60,000 nt of DNA from Malacoraja senta (taxonomy: Eukaryota). The position numbers and the translations under genes were made by a program. The notes under the pieces are model-generated. The model searched no databases. It saw only the letters and a program-made list of their open reading frames with translations, and had not been told where the DNA came from. Shown here in pieces: positions 37,901-48,871 of the stretch. Positions within the stretch are counted from its first letter, which is position 1. Each line of letters begins with the position of its first letter. Location: the NCBI GenBank assembly GCA_038087875.1, contig CM075989.1, positions 23,934,001-23,994,000 on the forward strand, in the 5' to 3' direction.

Positions 37901-40900
37901 GTGAGTTTGTAGGTTAATTGGCTTCTATAAATAGCCCCGCGTGTGTAGGGTGCAGAGTGGGCAGAAGTGGTGTACGGGTGATTGCTGGTCGGCATGGACT
38001 CAGTGGGCAGAAGGGCCTGTTTCCATGCTGCATCTCCAAACTAAAAGTGATGTATATACAGTAATATATATGCAATAATTTTCCAGGATCACCTGCATAA
38101 AACCTGCAGATCTGATCCTAAAAAGACCTTCAGAATTTTTGATATTCTATACCATTATATCTCAAATTGATGGTCTTAATGTTAATGTTAATATAATGTA
38201 TGTTTTGTACTTGCACTTTTATTTAGTTTGCCAAGATTGTATGTTTAGCTGTGCGTTGGTTCATGTAGTTCCTGCACTAGCCTGCAGGTGTCAGTCCTTG
38301 TTTCCCTTTCTGTTATCATGTAGCTAAACTTTCCCCATTCAGGTCCCTTTGCAGGTCAAGGTGTACCTGTTCACCTTGTGAGTAGCTTTCCTAAACCAGT
38401 GTGTGTGCGTGTGATGCACTCCTCTTTTCAGCATGTTTGAAAATCACCACCACCACCTCTCTCCAAAAACTCTCCCTACCCTTAGATCAGTGGTTCTGAA
38501 CCTGGGGGTCTGGACCCCCATGGGGGGGGGGGGTCATTTGGGGCTTTACCGGGGGACATGAAGAGCTCATAAATAACAGATCCATTTGTTGAGCCCATGT
38601 TTGGGAACCTAACAAAGGTACATACCACATACAGTATTTTGTTTGTGTATGCACGTACGTGGATATGACAGGTTTGGAGGGATATGGAGGGATATGGACC
38701 AGGTGCAGGCAGGTGGGACTAGTGTAGCCGAGACATGTTGGCTGGTGTGGGCAAGTTGGGCCGAATGGGCCTGTTTCCACACTGTCTCACTCTGTGACTA
38801 GTGTAGCTGGGACATGTTGGCTGGTGTGGGCAAGTTGGGCCGAATGGGCCTGTTTCCACACTGTCTCACTCTGTGACTAGTGTAGCTGGGACATGTTGGC
38901 TGGTGTGGGCAAGTTGGGCCGAATGGGCCTGTTTCCACACTGTCTCACTCTGTGACTAGTGTAGCTGGGACATGTTGGCTGGTGTGGGCAAGTTGGGCCG
39001 AATGGGCCTGTTTCCACACTGTCTCACTCTGTGACTAGTGTAGCTGGGACATGTTGGCTGGTGTGGGCAAGTTGGGCCGAAGGGCCTGTTTCCATACTGT
39101 CTCACTCTGTGACTCTGTAACCAATTATTGACAGGTCAACAGTCTTGTGTAGGATGGAACTGCAGATGCTGGTTTCAGCGTGAAGATAGACACAAACTGC
39201 TGGAGTAACTATTCAAATAATGGGCACTATTTTCTTGAAAGGTTTTATTAACATCCACTATTATGGGAATGGACCATAATATTAAAATAAAAATTAGTAA
39301 ATTAGGTTCGGGTTTTTTATCCATATTTCTAGGAAAACACTAGGAAACGACAGAGCCTATTAGATCCAATGTAGGAAAGAACATTTCCATTTCCAACCAC
39401 AAGTCTGAAGAAGGGTCTCGGCCGGAAACGTCACCCATTCCTTCTCTCCAGAGATGCTGCCTGTCCCGCTGAGTGACTCCAGCATTTTGTGTCTATCTCC
39501 CATTGTCCATTAATAGAAACATAGAAACATAGAAAATAGGTGCAAGAGTAGGCCATTCGGCCCTTCGAGCCTGCACCGCCATTCAATATGATCATGGCTG
39601 ATCATCCAACTCAGTATCCCGTACCTGCCTTCTCTCCATACCCCCTGATCCCTTTAACCACAAGGGCCACATCTAACTCCCTCTTAAATATAGCCAATGA
39701 ACTGGCATCAACTACCTTCTGTGGCAGAGAATTCCACAGATTCACCACTGTTTTAAGATATTTGCAGAAATTTGTTTATTTGTAATTAACTAACTAACTG
39801 GTTTGGAAATATTGCAAGGTGAGAGAAACTGAGGTAAGCAGTACACTCAAGGACTGAAGTGTAACGTTTCAGTAGCCTAATGTAGAAACATAGAAAATAG
39901 GTGCATTAGGCCATTTAGCCCTTTGAACCAGCACCGCCATTCAATATGATCATGACTGATCATCCAGAATCAGTACCCCATTCCTGCTTTCTCCCCATAT
40001 CCCTTGATTCCATTAACCTTCAGAGCTGTATCTAACTCTCTTGAAAACATCTAGTAAATTGGCCTCCACCGCCTTCTGTGGCAGAGAATTCCACAGATTC
40101 ACAACTACTCCGGGTGAAAAAGTGTTTTCTCATCTCAGTCCTAAATGGCCTACCACTTATTCTTAAACTGTGACCTCTGGTTCTGGACTCCCCCGCCGTC
40201 GGGAATAATGTAGGTACACAACAATTACTGTATTTTGCTGAGCCCATTTTCACGAAAAGCAGTATTTTTCTCTTGCTGTTCCATAAAATACAACACGTAT
40301 TGAGATATTATAACTATCCAAGTTACATAAGTAAGTGATAGAACATAGAACAGTACAACACAGGAACAGGCCCTTCAGCCCACAATGTCTGTGCCGAACA
40401 TGATGCCAAGTTAATCATCTGCCTGTACATGATCCATATCCCTCTCATAATCATAATCATACTTTATTAGCCAAGTATGTTTTGCAACATACGAGGAATT
40501 TGATTGCCATACAGTCATACTATAAAAGCAACAAGATACACAAAATACATTTTTACATAACATCCACCACAGTGACTCCTCCACATTTCCTCACTGTGAT
40601 GGAAGGCGGAAAAATAAGTTCAGTCTCTTCCTTCTTTGTTCTTCCGCGGTCGGGGGCCTCGAGCTTCCGTTGATGGGACGTTCTTGGCTCCGTAGCCAGC
40701 GGTCGGGCCCTCCGCATCGGGGCGATCAAGCTCCCGCATCAGGGGGATCTCAGCTCCCCCACGCCGGGCGATCGGACCCCGGGTCGGGGTTGGTCAAACC
40801 TCCTGCTGAGTGGAGCTTCCCGACATCAGTCTCTACCCGAGACTGCGAGCTTCTCGATTTGAAATCCGCAGGTCGCGGTGTAGCGTTGATCCCAGGCAAG

Positions 40901-41857
40901 GGATCGCAGGCTCCGAGGGCAAGTTCACGGCCCCGCGGGTGGGCTCAAAGTCAGTTCCGTGCAAGGCCTCCAGCTCCATGATGCTAGGCTGCAGAGCGAC
41001 CGGAGATCCGATCCAGGAAAACAATCGCATCTCCAGCAAGGTAAGAGATTGAAATGTCCATCACTAATGATTCATTTCCCTCCTGGGATAAATAAAGTTC
41101 TATCGTATCGTATTGTAAAGGGCATAGCTATGGCCCCCGACCCACCCCCCCTCCCCCTCCCCTACATAAAACAAACCAGAGAACATTGTCCCAAACTTTT
41201 AAAAACACTAAAAATAACAAAAAAGACGAAAAAACAGACAGACTGTTGGCGAGGCTGCCATCGCTGACGGCGCCACCTGGTGAACACCCTCCGTTCCCTG
41301 CACTTCCATGTGACTATCTAAAAGCCTCTTAAACACCACTAACCTATCTGCCCCCCCCACCCCCCCACCACCACCACCACCCCTGGCAATGTGTTTCAGG
41401 CCCCCTCCACTCTCTGTGTGTGTAAAAAAAAAACAGGCCCGCACACCTCTATTAAGTCTCCTTCTAGCTATGCCCTTTACAAAAGATACGATACGATAGA
41501 ACTTTATTCATCCCAGGAGGGAATGAATCATTAGTGTTTGAAATTTCCACCCGAGGACAAAGGTTCTGACTGTCTACCATGTCTCTGCCTCGTATAATTT
41601 TAGATAAGCTTGACGCAGGAGCAAACTAATGTTCTTCCCCATTGCACACAGCTTCCTCGACGCAAGTGGACCAGCCCTGCTGTAAAGCTGTCTATGACTT
41701 TGACCCTGAGAATGAAGGAGAACTTGGATTCAAGGAAGGTGACATCATCACACTTACAAATCAGATTGATGAAAACTGGTTTGAAGGCATGTTGAACGGC
41801 GAATCCGGCTTCTTCCCCATTAATTATGTGCAAGTGATTGTTCCATTGCCGCAGTGA
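32303..41857 (+). CDS. SH3GL3: Endophilin-A3 (N-BAR + SH3), spliced CDS, exons 2-9; 5'-partial because exon 1 is not in view. join(32303..32371,33205..33277,34020..34163,35140..35273,35981..36139,36695..36798,37522..37649,41652..41857)
   Basis: Eight exons (69,73,144,134,159,104,128,206 nt = 1017 nt) join in one frame through GT-AG introns and end at TGA. Segments [45 protein letters not shown] and the C-terminus VIVPLPQ match the endophilin-A3 paralog as I recall it, rather than A1 or A2. Confidence 0.92.
33205..33277 (+). CDS. SH3GL3: Endophilin-A3 coding exon 3 ([24 protein letters not shown])
   Basis: Acceptor tttcttatttaag, donor gtatga, 73 nt. Contains the EYLQPNP motif. Confidence 0.95.
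33573..33980. repeat. Compound (TG)n/(TA)n microsatellite in SH3GL3 intron 3
   Basis: Directly visible. Ends ~40 nt before the exon 4 acceptor. Confidence 0.95.
34020..34163 (+). CDS. SH3GL3: Endophilin-A3 coding exon 4 ([48 protein letters not shown])
   Basis: Acceptor catttggaag, donor gtgtgt, 144 nt, phase 1/1. Encodes the BAR insert helix region. Confidence 0.93.
34277..34488. mobile_element. Penelope-tail insertion with an inverted segment and perfect 13-bp TSD
   Basis: acctgcatttcac at 34264-34276 and 34489-34501. A long minus-orientation part is joined to a short plus-orientation 3' end (agttccttcctacaca). Confidence 0.8.
34690..35078 (-). mobile_element. Penelope-like 3' fragment in intron 4
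   Basis: Reverse of the ORF end ([11 protein letters not shown]), 3' UTR and hammerhead-like tail. Confidence 0.8.
35140..35273 (+). CDS. SH3GL3: Endophilin-A3 coding exon 5 ([45 protein letters not shown])
   Basis: Acceptor tttttcaag, donor gtgagt, 134 nt. Lies inside ORF 35082..35408. Confidence 0.95.
35315..35582 (-). mobile_element. tRNA-derived SINE, antisense, intron 5
   Basis: Reverse complement of the family consensus. Confidence 0.8.
35981..36139 (+). CDS. SH3GL3: Endophilin-A3 coding exon 6 ([53 protein letters not shown])
   Basis: Acceptor cttgacaaag, donor gtgagt, 159 nt. Lies inside ORF 35972..36214. Confidence 0.95.
36695..36798 (+). CDS. SH3GL3: Endophilin-A3 coding exon 7 ([34 protein letters not shown])
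   Basis: Acceptor tcttttacctacag, donor gtgcag, 104 nt. Encodes the last BAR helix. Confidence 0.93.
37522..37649 (+). CDS. SH3GL3: Endophilin-A3 coding exon 8, linker ([43 protein letters not shown])
   Basis: Acceptor tttttcttaaag, donor gtaaga, 128 nt. Phases fit exons 7 and 9, and [10 protein letters not shown] resembles the endophilin linker motif. Confidence 0.9.
37755..38045 (+). mobile_element. tRNA-derived SINE, intron 8
   Basis: A/B boxes, core and tail. Confidence 0.8.
38488..38610. mobile_element. Possible degenerate hAT/Charlie-type MITE
   Basis: Starts CAGTGGTTCTGAACCTGGGGG (Charlie-like TIR). The right end tttgggaacc is only a weak match. Confidence 0.35.
38717..39113 (+). 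repeat. 79-bp minisatellite (5 copies) made from a CR1-type LINE 3' tail
   Basis: Units start at 38717, 38796, 38875, 38954 and 39033. The inner copies appear identical. Confidence 0.93.
39513..40205 (-). mobile_element. Two CR1/HER1-type LINE 3' ends (~39513-39748, ~39885-40205)
   Basis: (agaaacat)n tails and reverse of ...[10 protein letters not shown]... Confidence 0.8.
40445..41283 (-). mobile_element. GC-rich non-coding retroelement with a LINE-like stem-loop tail, nested in a CR1 remnant
   Basis: Shares its head (ggcgcc..atggc(a/t)gcctc.ccaacagtctgtc) and a subterminal block with 47905-48830. Tail on the minus strand is gtatgttgcaaaacatac..AATAAA(gattat)n. Confidence 0.6.
41652..41857 (+). 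CDS. SH3GL3: Endophilin-A3 terminal coding exon 9, SH3 domain ([68 protein letters not shown])
   Basis: Acceptor ttcttccccattgcacacag with ctaat upstream. SH3 motifs ([21 protein letters not shown]) are present. TGA at 41855-41857. Confidence 0.96.
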
Positions 41858-42320
41858 AGCCGATCCAATTTTGTAAATGTTCGGATACAGAACACAGACA
41901 TTTCATCAGTGTGGCATTCCGTGAAAGCCTTGCTCTTTGAGTGACTTTTGTACGTCTTCTATTTGTCTATTTATTTTTTTACATGTTCCATTTGTATTGA
42001 AGATGTTTATGTCTTTTTGCTACAAGAGTAATTGCAAATCTTACCTATTTCTGCCAGCAAGTTCACAGTTTATAAGTATACGGCTGTAACTATTTAACTT
42101 TTACTTGCGCTCTGAATCTTTTGTTGCTGATTACAGTGGGGGAAATTTTCTATTTAGCTGTAATAAGAATATTCTTGATACAGTTTAATTATTGTGGTTA
42201 TAATTAACTGTTATTAACGTTTTAAGATTCTGACCTGTTCTTGAGCCATTTTATTTGGCAGTGTAATTTATTGTTCTGCACAGATGCCATAATAAATGTG
42301 TGTAAAAACTGTAATTTAAC
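41858..42320 (+). other. SH3GL3: Probable SH3GL3 3' UTR
   Basis: Repeat-free, U-rich sequence from the stop codon to AATAAA. The end coordinate is approximate. Confidence 0.65.
42291..42296 (+). terminator. Polyadenylation signal AATAAA of SH3GL3
   Basis: First canonical AATAAA I see after the stop, with GU/U-rich sequence downstream and before repeats resume at ~42390. Confidence 0.7.
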
Positions 42321-42413
42321 CAGTGTTAGCTCTCATTGTTGAACAGCATTGTCAATTATGTGTTTGCATCTTATGTACCCTATTTATATTTCTCTAACTT
42401 CAAGTAACCCTTA

Positions 42414-42711
42414 AGGGCCTGTCCCACTGTACGAGCTAATTCAAGAGCTCTCCCGAGTTAAAAAAAATAAATCAAACTCGTGGTAAGTACGTAGCGGCTA
42501 CGTCGGAGCTCGTGGATGTCTCGTAGCGGCTCGTAACGCTAACGGCAGGTACTCGGGAAACGCGGTAACTCGTGAAGTTTTTTCAGCACTGTGAAAAATG
42601 TCCACGAGAGCCCCGAGTACCTACGAGCGGCTATTACCGTAATTCTCCAAGTTCGAATCAGGGGAAACTCGGGAGAACTCTTGAATTACCTCGTACTGTG
42701 GGACAGCCCCT
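42414..42711. mobile_element. Non-autonomous PIF/Harbinger-type MITE (298 bp) nested in a Penelope 3' UTR fragment
   Basis: ~35-bp TIRs AGGGCCTGTCCCACTGTACGAGCTAATTCAAGAG / CTCTTGAATTACCTCGTACTGTGGGACAGCCCCT. TTA TSD at 42411-42413 and 42712-42714. Confidence 0.85.
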
Positions 42712-43231
42712 TTACTTTTCCCCTCTCTCTCCGTCCCTCCCCCACCCTAGTTCTCCGATTAGTTTCACCGTCCTCCTGATTAATTTTACTGTTTGAATGC
42801 CTCATTGTCACCTTCCCCATGAACCATTCTACATTTCCTTGATCAACGTCTGATTTGATCTGTCCTTTTCACACCTTGCCCTTCCTTATCTCTAGTTTCC
42901 CTCCCCCCTCACTCTCAGACTGAAGAAGGCTCTCACCCGAAATGTCACCCATCCATTTTCTCAAACAAAGAGTACCACCACCCCAATGAAAAATCTATCC
43001 GTACCGACGTCCCACACCAGTACGATGTATCAGAAAGCCACAGACGGATCAATTTATGGACACTGAGCTGCAGTTCTGCAAGTGGCCACCAGAGGATGCA
43101 TGGCACCAACTTCTTGATCAAGCCTCCCCCATTGATCTGCTCTCCCCCCCCCCCCCCCCCACCTTCCATTCAACAAGAGATTGGCTCTAAATCTTAGGGT
43201 TCAGCTTTCAGAGTAAGAACATAGGAGCAAT

Positions 43232-43535
43232 AGTTTAGAGATACGGCGCGGAAACAGGCCCTTCGGCCCACCAAGTCCGTGCCGACCAGCGATCCCCGCA
43301 CACTGACACTATCCTGCACACTAGGGACAATTTACAATCTTTTTACCAAAGCCAATATCCTACAAACCTGTACGTCTTTGGAGTGTGGAAGGAAACCAAA
43401 GATCTCGGAGAAAACCCACGCAGGTCTCGGGGAGAACGTACAAACTCCGTACAGACAGCACCCGTAGTCAGGATCGAACCTGGGACTCTGCCACTGTGAG
43501 GCAGCAGCTCTACTGCTGGACCACCGTGCCACCCC
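43232..43535 (-). mobile_element. tRNA-derived SINE, full length
   Basis: Reverse complement of the family consensus. Confidence 0.82.
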
Positions 43536-44976
43536 GTGGCTAGATTGCACTGATTGCTGGCTTGCAGTTATATGGAGAATTATCATCTTGGATCAATGCA
43601 TTGGTGACAATACGGGCAGCACACAGTATTGCAGCTAGCATCTTACAGCTCCAGTGATTCAGCTTCCCAGAGCCTGGAGAAAACCCACGTGGTCACAGGG
43701 AGAACATACAGTACAAACTCCATACGCAGACAGCACCCGCAGTCAGGATCGAACCCGGGACTCTGGCGCTGTGAGGCACTGTGCTGCCCAATAGTGACCT
43801 TGCCGATAAACCAAATCACCACTTTAAGGGCGGCACGGTGGCCCAGCGGTAGAGTGGCTGCCTTACGGCAGGGGGACTGGGGAGGGGTGTGTGATGAGCA
43901 GATGGATCAGGTGGTGAAGGGGAGAGGAGCAGGGTGGCGTGGGGAGTAAAGGGAAGTGTGCGGGGAGAGGAGGAGAGGAACAGGAACAGGTTTTTCCATG
44001 GTTGAGTCTGTTCCCTCATTCAACAAACCCAGAACTGATCGTTTTTCTGAAACAACATTCTCCTTCACTATCCCCATTTTCTCGATATCTTGAATATCAC
44101 GAATCTATCGATCTGACTCTTGAATGAATAATCAAGCCTCTACAGACCTTTAGGATAGAGAATTCCAAAAACTGACCACCCTCTGAGTAATGAAATGTCT
44201 CCTTATTTCCACACTATATCCCAAAACTAAACTAAACATATAATCTATTAATAAAGCAAATAAGAATTCACAGACAAAAAGGTCTATCTAGTTTCCCTCA
44301 AACTACTAGGTCAAAATCATTCAGCAGTAGGTACAATGATAATATATTAATGTCTACTCAGTGATGATTCTTCAACAGAGCAGCACTAGAATTAAGCTCT
44401 TGGAAAATTCCAGTGGTGAATTATTTTAGAGACAATAGTTACAGTAGCCCTTTGAGACATTGACCCCTGGTGGTGGATCAGTGTTCTAACAAACCAGGCA
44501 AAGACAGTCTGAAGAAAGGTCTCGACCCAAAACGTTACCTATTCCTTCCCTCCAGAGATGCTGCCTGTCCCGCTGAGATACTCCAGTTATTATGTCTATA
44601 TTCAGGCAATGGCAGTGCAAGCCAAAGTATGATGGGCAACTCGAGTGGTGTAAAGTCCATGGTGTTTGTGTTGAGGTTGGGTCATGGAGGATGGTTCAAG
44701 AGCCTGATGGTGGTTGGGACGAAGCTGTTCTTGAACCTGACAATCACGGTTCTCAGGCTCCTGTATCTGCTCCCGATGGTAGCAGCGAGATGAGAGCGTG
44801 GCCAGGATGGTGCGGGTCTTTGCTGCCTGTTGTCTATGAAGATCTTCTTGTAGATCACTTCGATGGTGTTGAGACAATACCAGTAATGAAGTGGGAAAGG
44901 TCCATTTTTCTCAGCATCATTCTTACCTTGTTTATTTGTTTTCTAGGCTCATTGATGTAAATACCCCATACATTTA

Positions 44977-45579
44977 TCTATCAATATATTACTAAAACTC
45001 TCATCTTGTTTGGAGGTCTGTCTGTCTGCGTGCATACAATCTCATGGAACTATGCCAAAACGGTACACAATAGCGCAACACTTTTTGCACCACCTTACTT
45101 ACCATTGACCTGTGGTTGTTGGTATCAAGTATTGTTCAGATTGATGTTATATTTCACAAGTTATCACATTTTTAAGTTTACTAAATCCACTTTGATAATC
45201 ACTTCAACACTTCAGTGCTGGCAGTTGTAGCTATGACGTCACAATGGGATCTCACAGTCCTCTACCCGACATTTACAACAATGTTGCCATCATATGAACA
45301 CTTCGTCTGGTCCTGAAAGCAAGTGATTGAACAGGAGGGGGAAGGGCCAGGGGCATTGGAATTGGGAGAGCTGGGGGAGGCAGGGAAGTCGTGGAATCTT
45401 ATGTTAGGGAACGGATTGCATTGGGGGACCAGGCCTCCCGTCGGGACTATGGGTGAGTGATGGAATATTGCGTTGGGGGAACGGGTTACGTTGGGGGAAA
45501 TGGTTTGCATTGGGGGAACGGGTGAGTGGTGGATTCTTGCATTGGGGAAACGGGTCCCAACGGGTCCCACTCGGTCCAG
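44977..45579 (+). mobile_element. Probable non-autonomous Helitron
   Basis: A|TC 5' end (tctatcaatatattactaaaac), subterminal hairpin gggtccc-aac-gggtccc (one change from gggaccc/gggtccc), CCAG|T 3' end (variant of CTAG|T), internal ttgcgttgggggaacggg repeats, and no TSD. Confidence 0.6.
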
Positions 45580-46192
45580 TATAAAATAAATCTCTGCAAC
45601 TCATGAGTTTTTTTTTCCAAGCTCTTGATTTTTTAATCAAGACTTTGACTTTGAAAATGGCCCCAAAACCTGGCAACCCTTGTGTGTGGACCCAGTGGGC
45701 TGTTTCTGTGCTTAACCGAGGATTGCACTTATGTATGGCAATAATCTTACTGATCTGTGAGCAAAAAACAAATTTCACTGTACCTTGGCACATGTGATAA
45801 TAAAAGAACCATTGAACCGTTTTGCTTGAGAAACAGAGCAGACAGTAATAGAAGAGACTTATTTTTTCCAATTCCAGGTGCTCTGAGTTACATATAATCA
45901 TTCTTGAATTTTCTTGAAAATTTCTTGGCTTGAACAATGCATCATCTGAGCAAAGTAAATGTGTTTTCTAATTTTCTGATTCCACAAAATATATATTGTT
46001 TTACTTGTATTTTTTGCTTGGCATGTATTCCTTTGCAAAAAAACCCTCATATGGTTCAAATAAAATAAGGGTTTTGTATTCTTTCAGGGATAGTTCAAAC
46101 ATGCAAAACAATAAACCTAGGTATTCTTTCAGATATTAGTTATCTCAATCTCATTCCCAATCTCCTTTGATGTATTACTCTGTAAAAGATTA

Positions 46193-46508
46193 GGTGGCAC
46201 GGTGGCGCAGGGGTAGAGTTGCTGCCTTACAGCGCCAGAGACCCAGGTCCCGGGTTCGATCCCGACTACGGGTGCTGTCTATACGGAGTTTGTACGTTCT
46301 CCCCGTGGCCTGCGTAGGTTTTCTCCGAGACCTTCGGTTTCCTCCCTCACTCCAAAGACTTGCAGGTATTGTAGGTTAATTGGCTTTGTATGAATGTAAA
46401 TTGTCCCCAGTGTGTGTAGGATAGTGTTAATGTGCGGAGATGGCTGGTCGGTGCGGACTCGGTGGGCCGAAGGGCCTGTTTCTGCGCTGTATCACTAAAC
46501 TAAACTAA
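46193..46508 (+). mobile_element. tRNA-derived SINE, full length
   Basis: A/B boxes, core and (taaac)n tail. Confidence 0.85.
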
Positions 46509-46539
46509 TATTTACTAAAATATGCTGCAACTTTGTTGC

Positions 46540-46860
46540 AATGTTGGGGGAGTCCAGAACCAGGGGTCACAGTTTAAGAATAAGGGGTGGTCAATTTAGG
46601 ATTGAGATGAGGAAAAACGTTTTCACCCAGAGAGTTGTGAATCTGTGGAATTCTCTGCCACAGAAGGCAATGGAGGCCAATTCACTGGATGTATTCAAGA
46701 GAGAGTTAGATTTAGCTCTTAGGGCTTACAGAATCAAGGGAGATGGGGAGAAAGCAGGAACGGGGTACTGATTATGGATAATCAGCCATAATCATATTGA
46801 ATGGCGGTGCTGGCTCGAATGGGCCGAATGGCCTACTCCTGCACCTATTTTCTATGTTTC
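46540..46860 (+). mobile_element. CR1/HER1-type LINE 3' end
   Basis: ORF 46541..46771 plus tail. Confidence 0.85.
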
Positions 46861-47904
46861 AATGGTCCTGAAAATCAGTTTCAGGGGAACAATGTTGGGA
46901 TCTTGTGTTCAATGGGAACTTCACCCCAGCGCTCAGGACAATAATTAGATGTTGAGACTTGTTCAGTATTTTTGGCACGAAACTAGACACCTTGTGAAGA
47001 ATGGAATGCTTTACACTGGGCCTTTCATTTTATTTTTCATTATATATTTCTATCAACATTAGCTCATTCTGATATTGTAGCCAATTGGATTACATTAATT
47101 TTTTCTGCTATTAGGAAGACAGTTAGCTGGGTTAGAGCCACCACAACATTCTCTGTGTTATTTAATACTACATAAGTTGAAGAAGTGTCTGGATTTTATC
47201 ATGCCATATACTAAATGTGTTATATTCCCTATCCAGCTCCCCAGTAAATTGGATACCTCTTCCAAAACCAAGTCATTTTAGTCTTTGAGGTCTGAAGAAG
47301 GGTCTCAATCCAAAACGTCACCCATCCATGTTCTCCAGAGGATAGACACAAAAAGCTGGAGTAACTCAGCAAGTCGGGCAGCATCTCTGGAGAAAAGGAC
47401 GAGGTGAAGATTCGGGTCGAGACCCTTCTTCAGACTCCAGAGATGCTGCCTGACCCGCTGTGTTACTCCAGCACTTTTATTTTAATCTTTTTAGTTCTTG
47501 TATATTTTGTCAGCAAAGTAATTGCTGTGTTTTCTTTGTTATAACATTTTTTAAAGTCCCCCAATGATGTACAGCATTTCAGCTCATGCTGACAAAAAGC
47601 TTTACACTGTACCTCAGTACACATGACAATATGAAACTAAATTAAACAATGAGAAGCCTGCTATTTAAAGATTTATTTTGTATTTGTCAGTAACCTGCAG
47701 CTGAATTAACAGTTGGAGTACTCAGCTTGTACAATTAATCTCCATTAATCATCAAGAATTTTCTTTCACCCTAAACCTCCGTGTAGCTATCTACAGCATT
47801 AAGGAATATCACCCCAATCCAGAACTAAAAACAGCCTGAGCAGCTTTTCCCAAAAGGAAATGTGCTTCTTTGTCCTTCATAAGCCTGAACAAACTCCACG
47901 TATT

Positions 47905-48830
47905 CAAAGGTTTCAAAGGTCTTTTATTGTCACGTGTACCAATTAAGGTACAGTGATATGCGAATTATCATGCAGCCATACTAAAAAAAGAGCAACAAAA
48001 CTCACAACTACATAAAGGTTACCATAAACATCCACCACAGCAGATTCCCCACATTCCCCACTGTGATGGAAGGTAATAAAGTCCAACCTTCTTCCTTTTT
48101 ATTCTCCCGTGGTCGGGGCAGTCGAACCATCCGTCGGGGCGATCGAAGTTCGCACAGGTTGGAGCTCCCGAAGTCGGTCTCCAGCAAAGATCGGCAACTC
48201 CTCGATGTTAGGCTGCAGTGCGGACGGAGATAGGATACGGAAAAAAAATCGCATCTCTGTCGAGGTAAGAGATTACAAACAATTCCCCTCCCTCCCCACC
48301 CCAGATAAAACAAGCTAAATGGGCTGTCCCACTTGGACGACCTAATCCACGAGTTCTGGCGAGTTTGCCCTCGACTCATACTCGCAGCATGGTTGACACG
48401 AGGTCGTAGGAGGTCTTCGTAACTCTCCTTCATGCTCGAGAGTAGTCCCCGCGTACTCGAGGCCTCAGCTAGGTCGCGGCGTATTTTTCAACATGCCGAA
48501 AAATGCCCGCGAGTAAAAAAAGGTCGCCATGGAAAAAATCGATACTTTTTTTACTCGTAGTAGGTCGCATGTATTTCGTAGGTAATCGAGGGTAGTCGAA
48601 GGGAGTCGAAGGTAGTCGTAGATAGTCTTTATCATAGTCGAAGGAGATCATCAACATGACATTTTTTTCAAACTCTCCTAAACTCTTCGAAACTCGCCAA
48701 TTAAGTCGCCCAAGTGGGACAGCCCCTTTAAGAACACTAAAAACATACATTTAACACATACTATTAAAACAACAAAGAAGGAAGGGATAGACAGACTGTT
48801 GGTGAGGCAGCCATTGCTGGCGCCACCCGG
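47905..48830 (-). mobile_element. GC-rich retroelement (same family as 40445-41283) carrying a nested MITE
   Basis: Shared head and subterminal block, with a Rex-like tail (cactgtacc..ggtacacgtgacaataaa on the minus strand). Confidence 0.6.
48319..48727. mobile_element. PIF/Harbinger-type MITE, inverted relative to 31227-31739
   Basis: TIRs ATGGGCTGTCCCACTTGG / CCAAGTGGGACAGCCCCT, flanks TAA/TTA. The interior is the reverse complement of 31227-31739. Confidence 0.8.
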
Positions 48831-48833
48831 TGT

Positions 48834-48871
<38 letters not shown>

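Noticed and set aside
32303..41857. Assignment to SH3GL1 or SH3GL2
   Set aside because: Segments such as [31 protein letters not shown] and FNFLEND fit endophilin-A3 better by recall. A phylogeny would be decisive.
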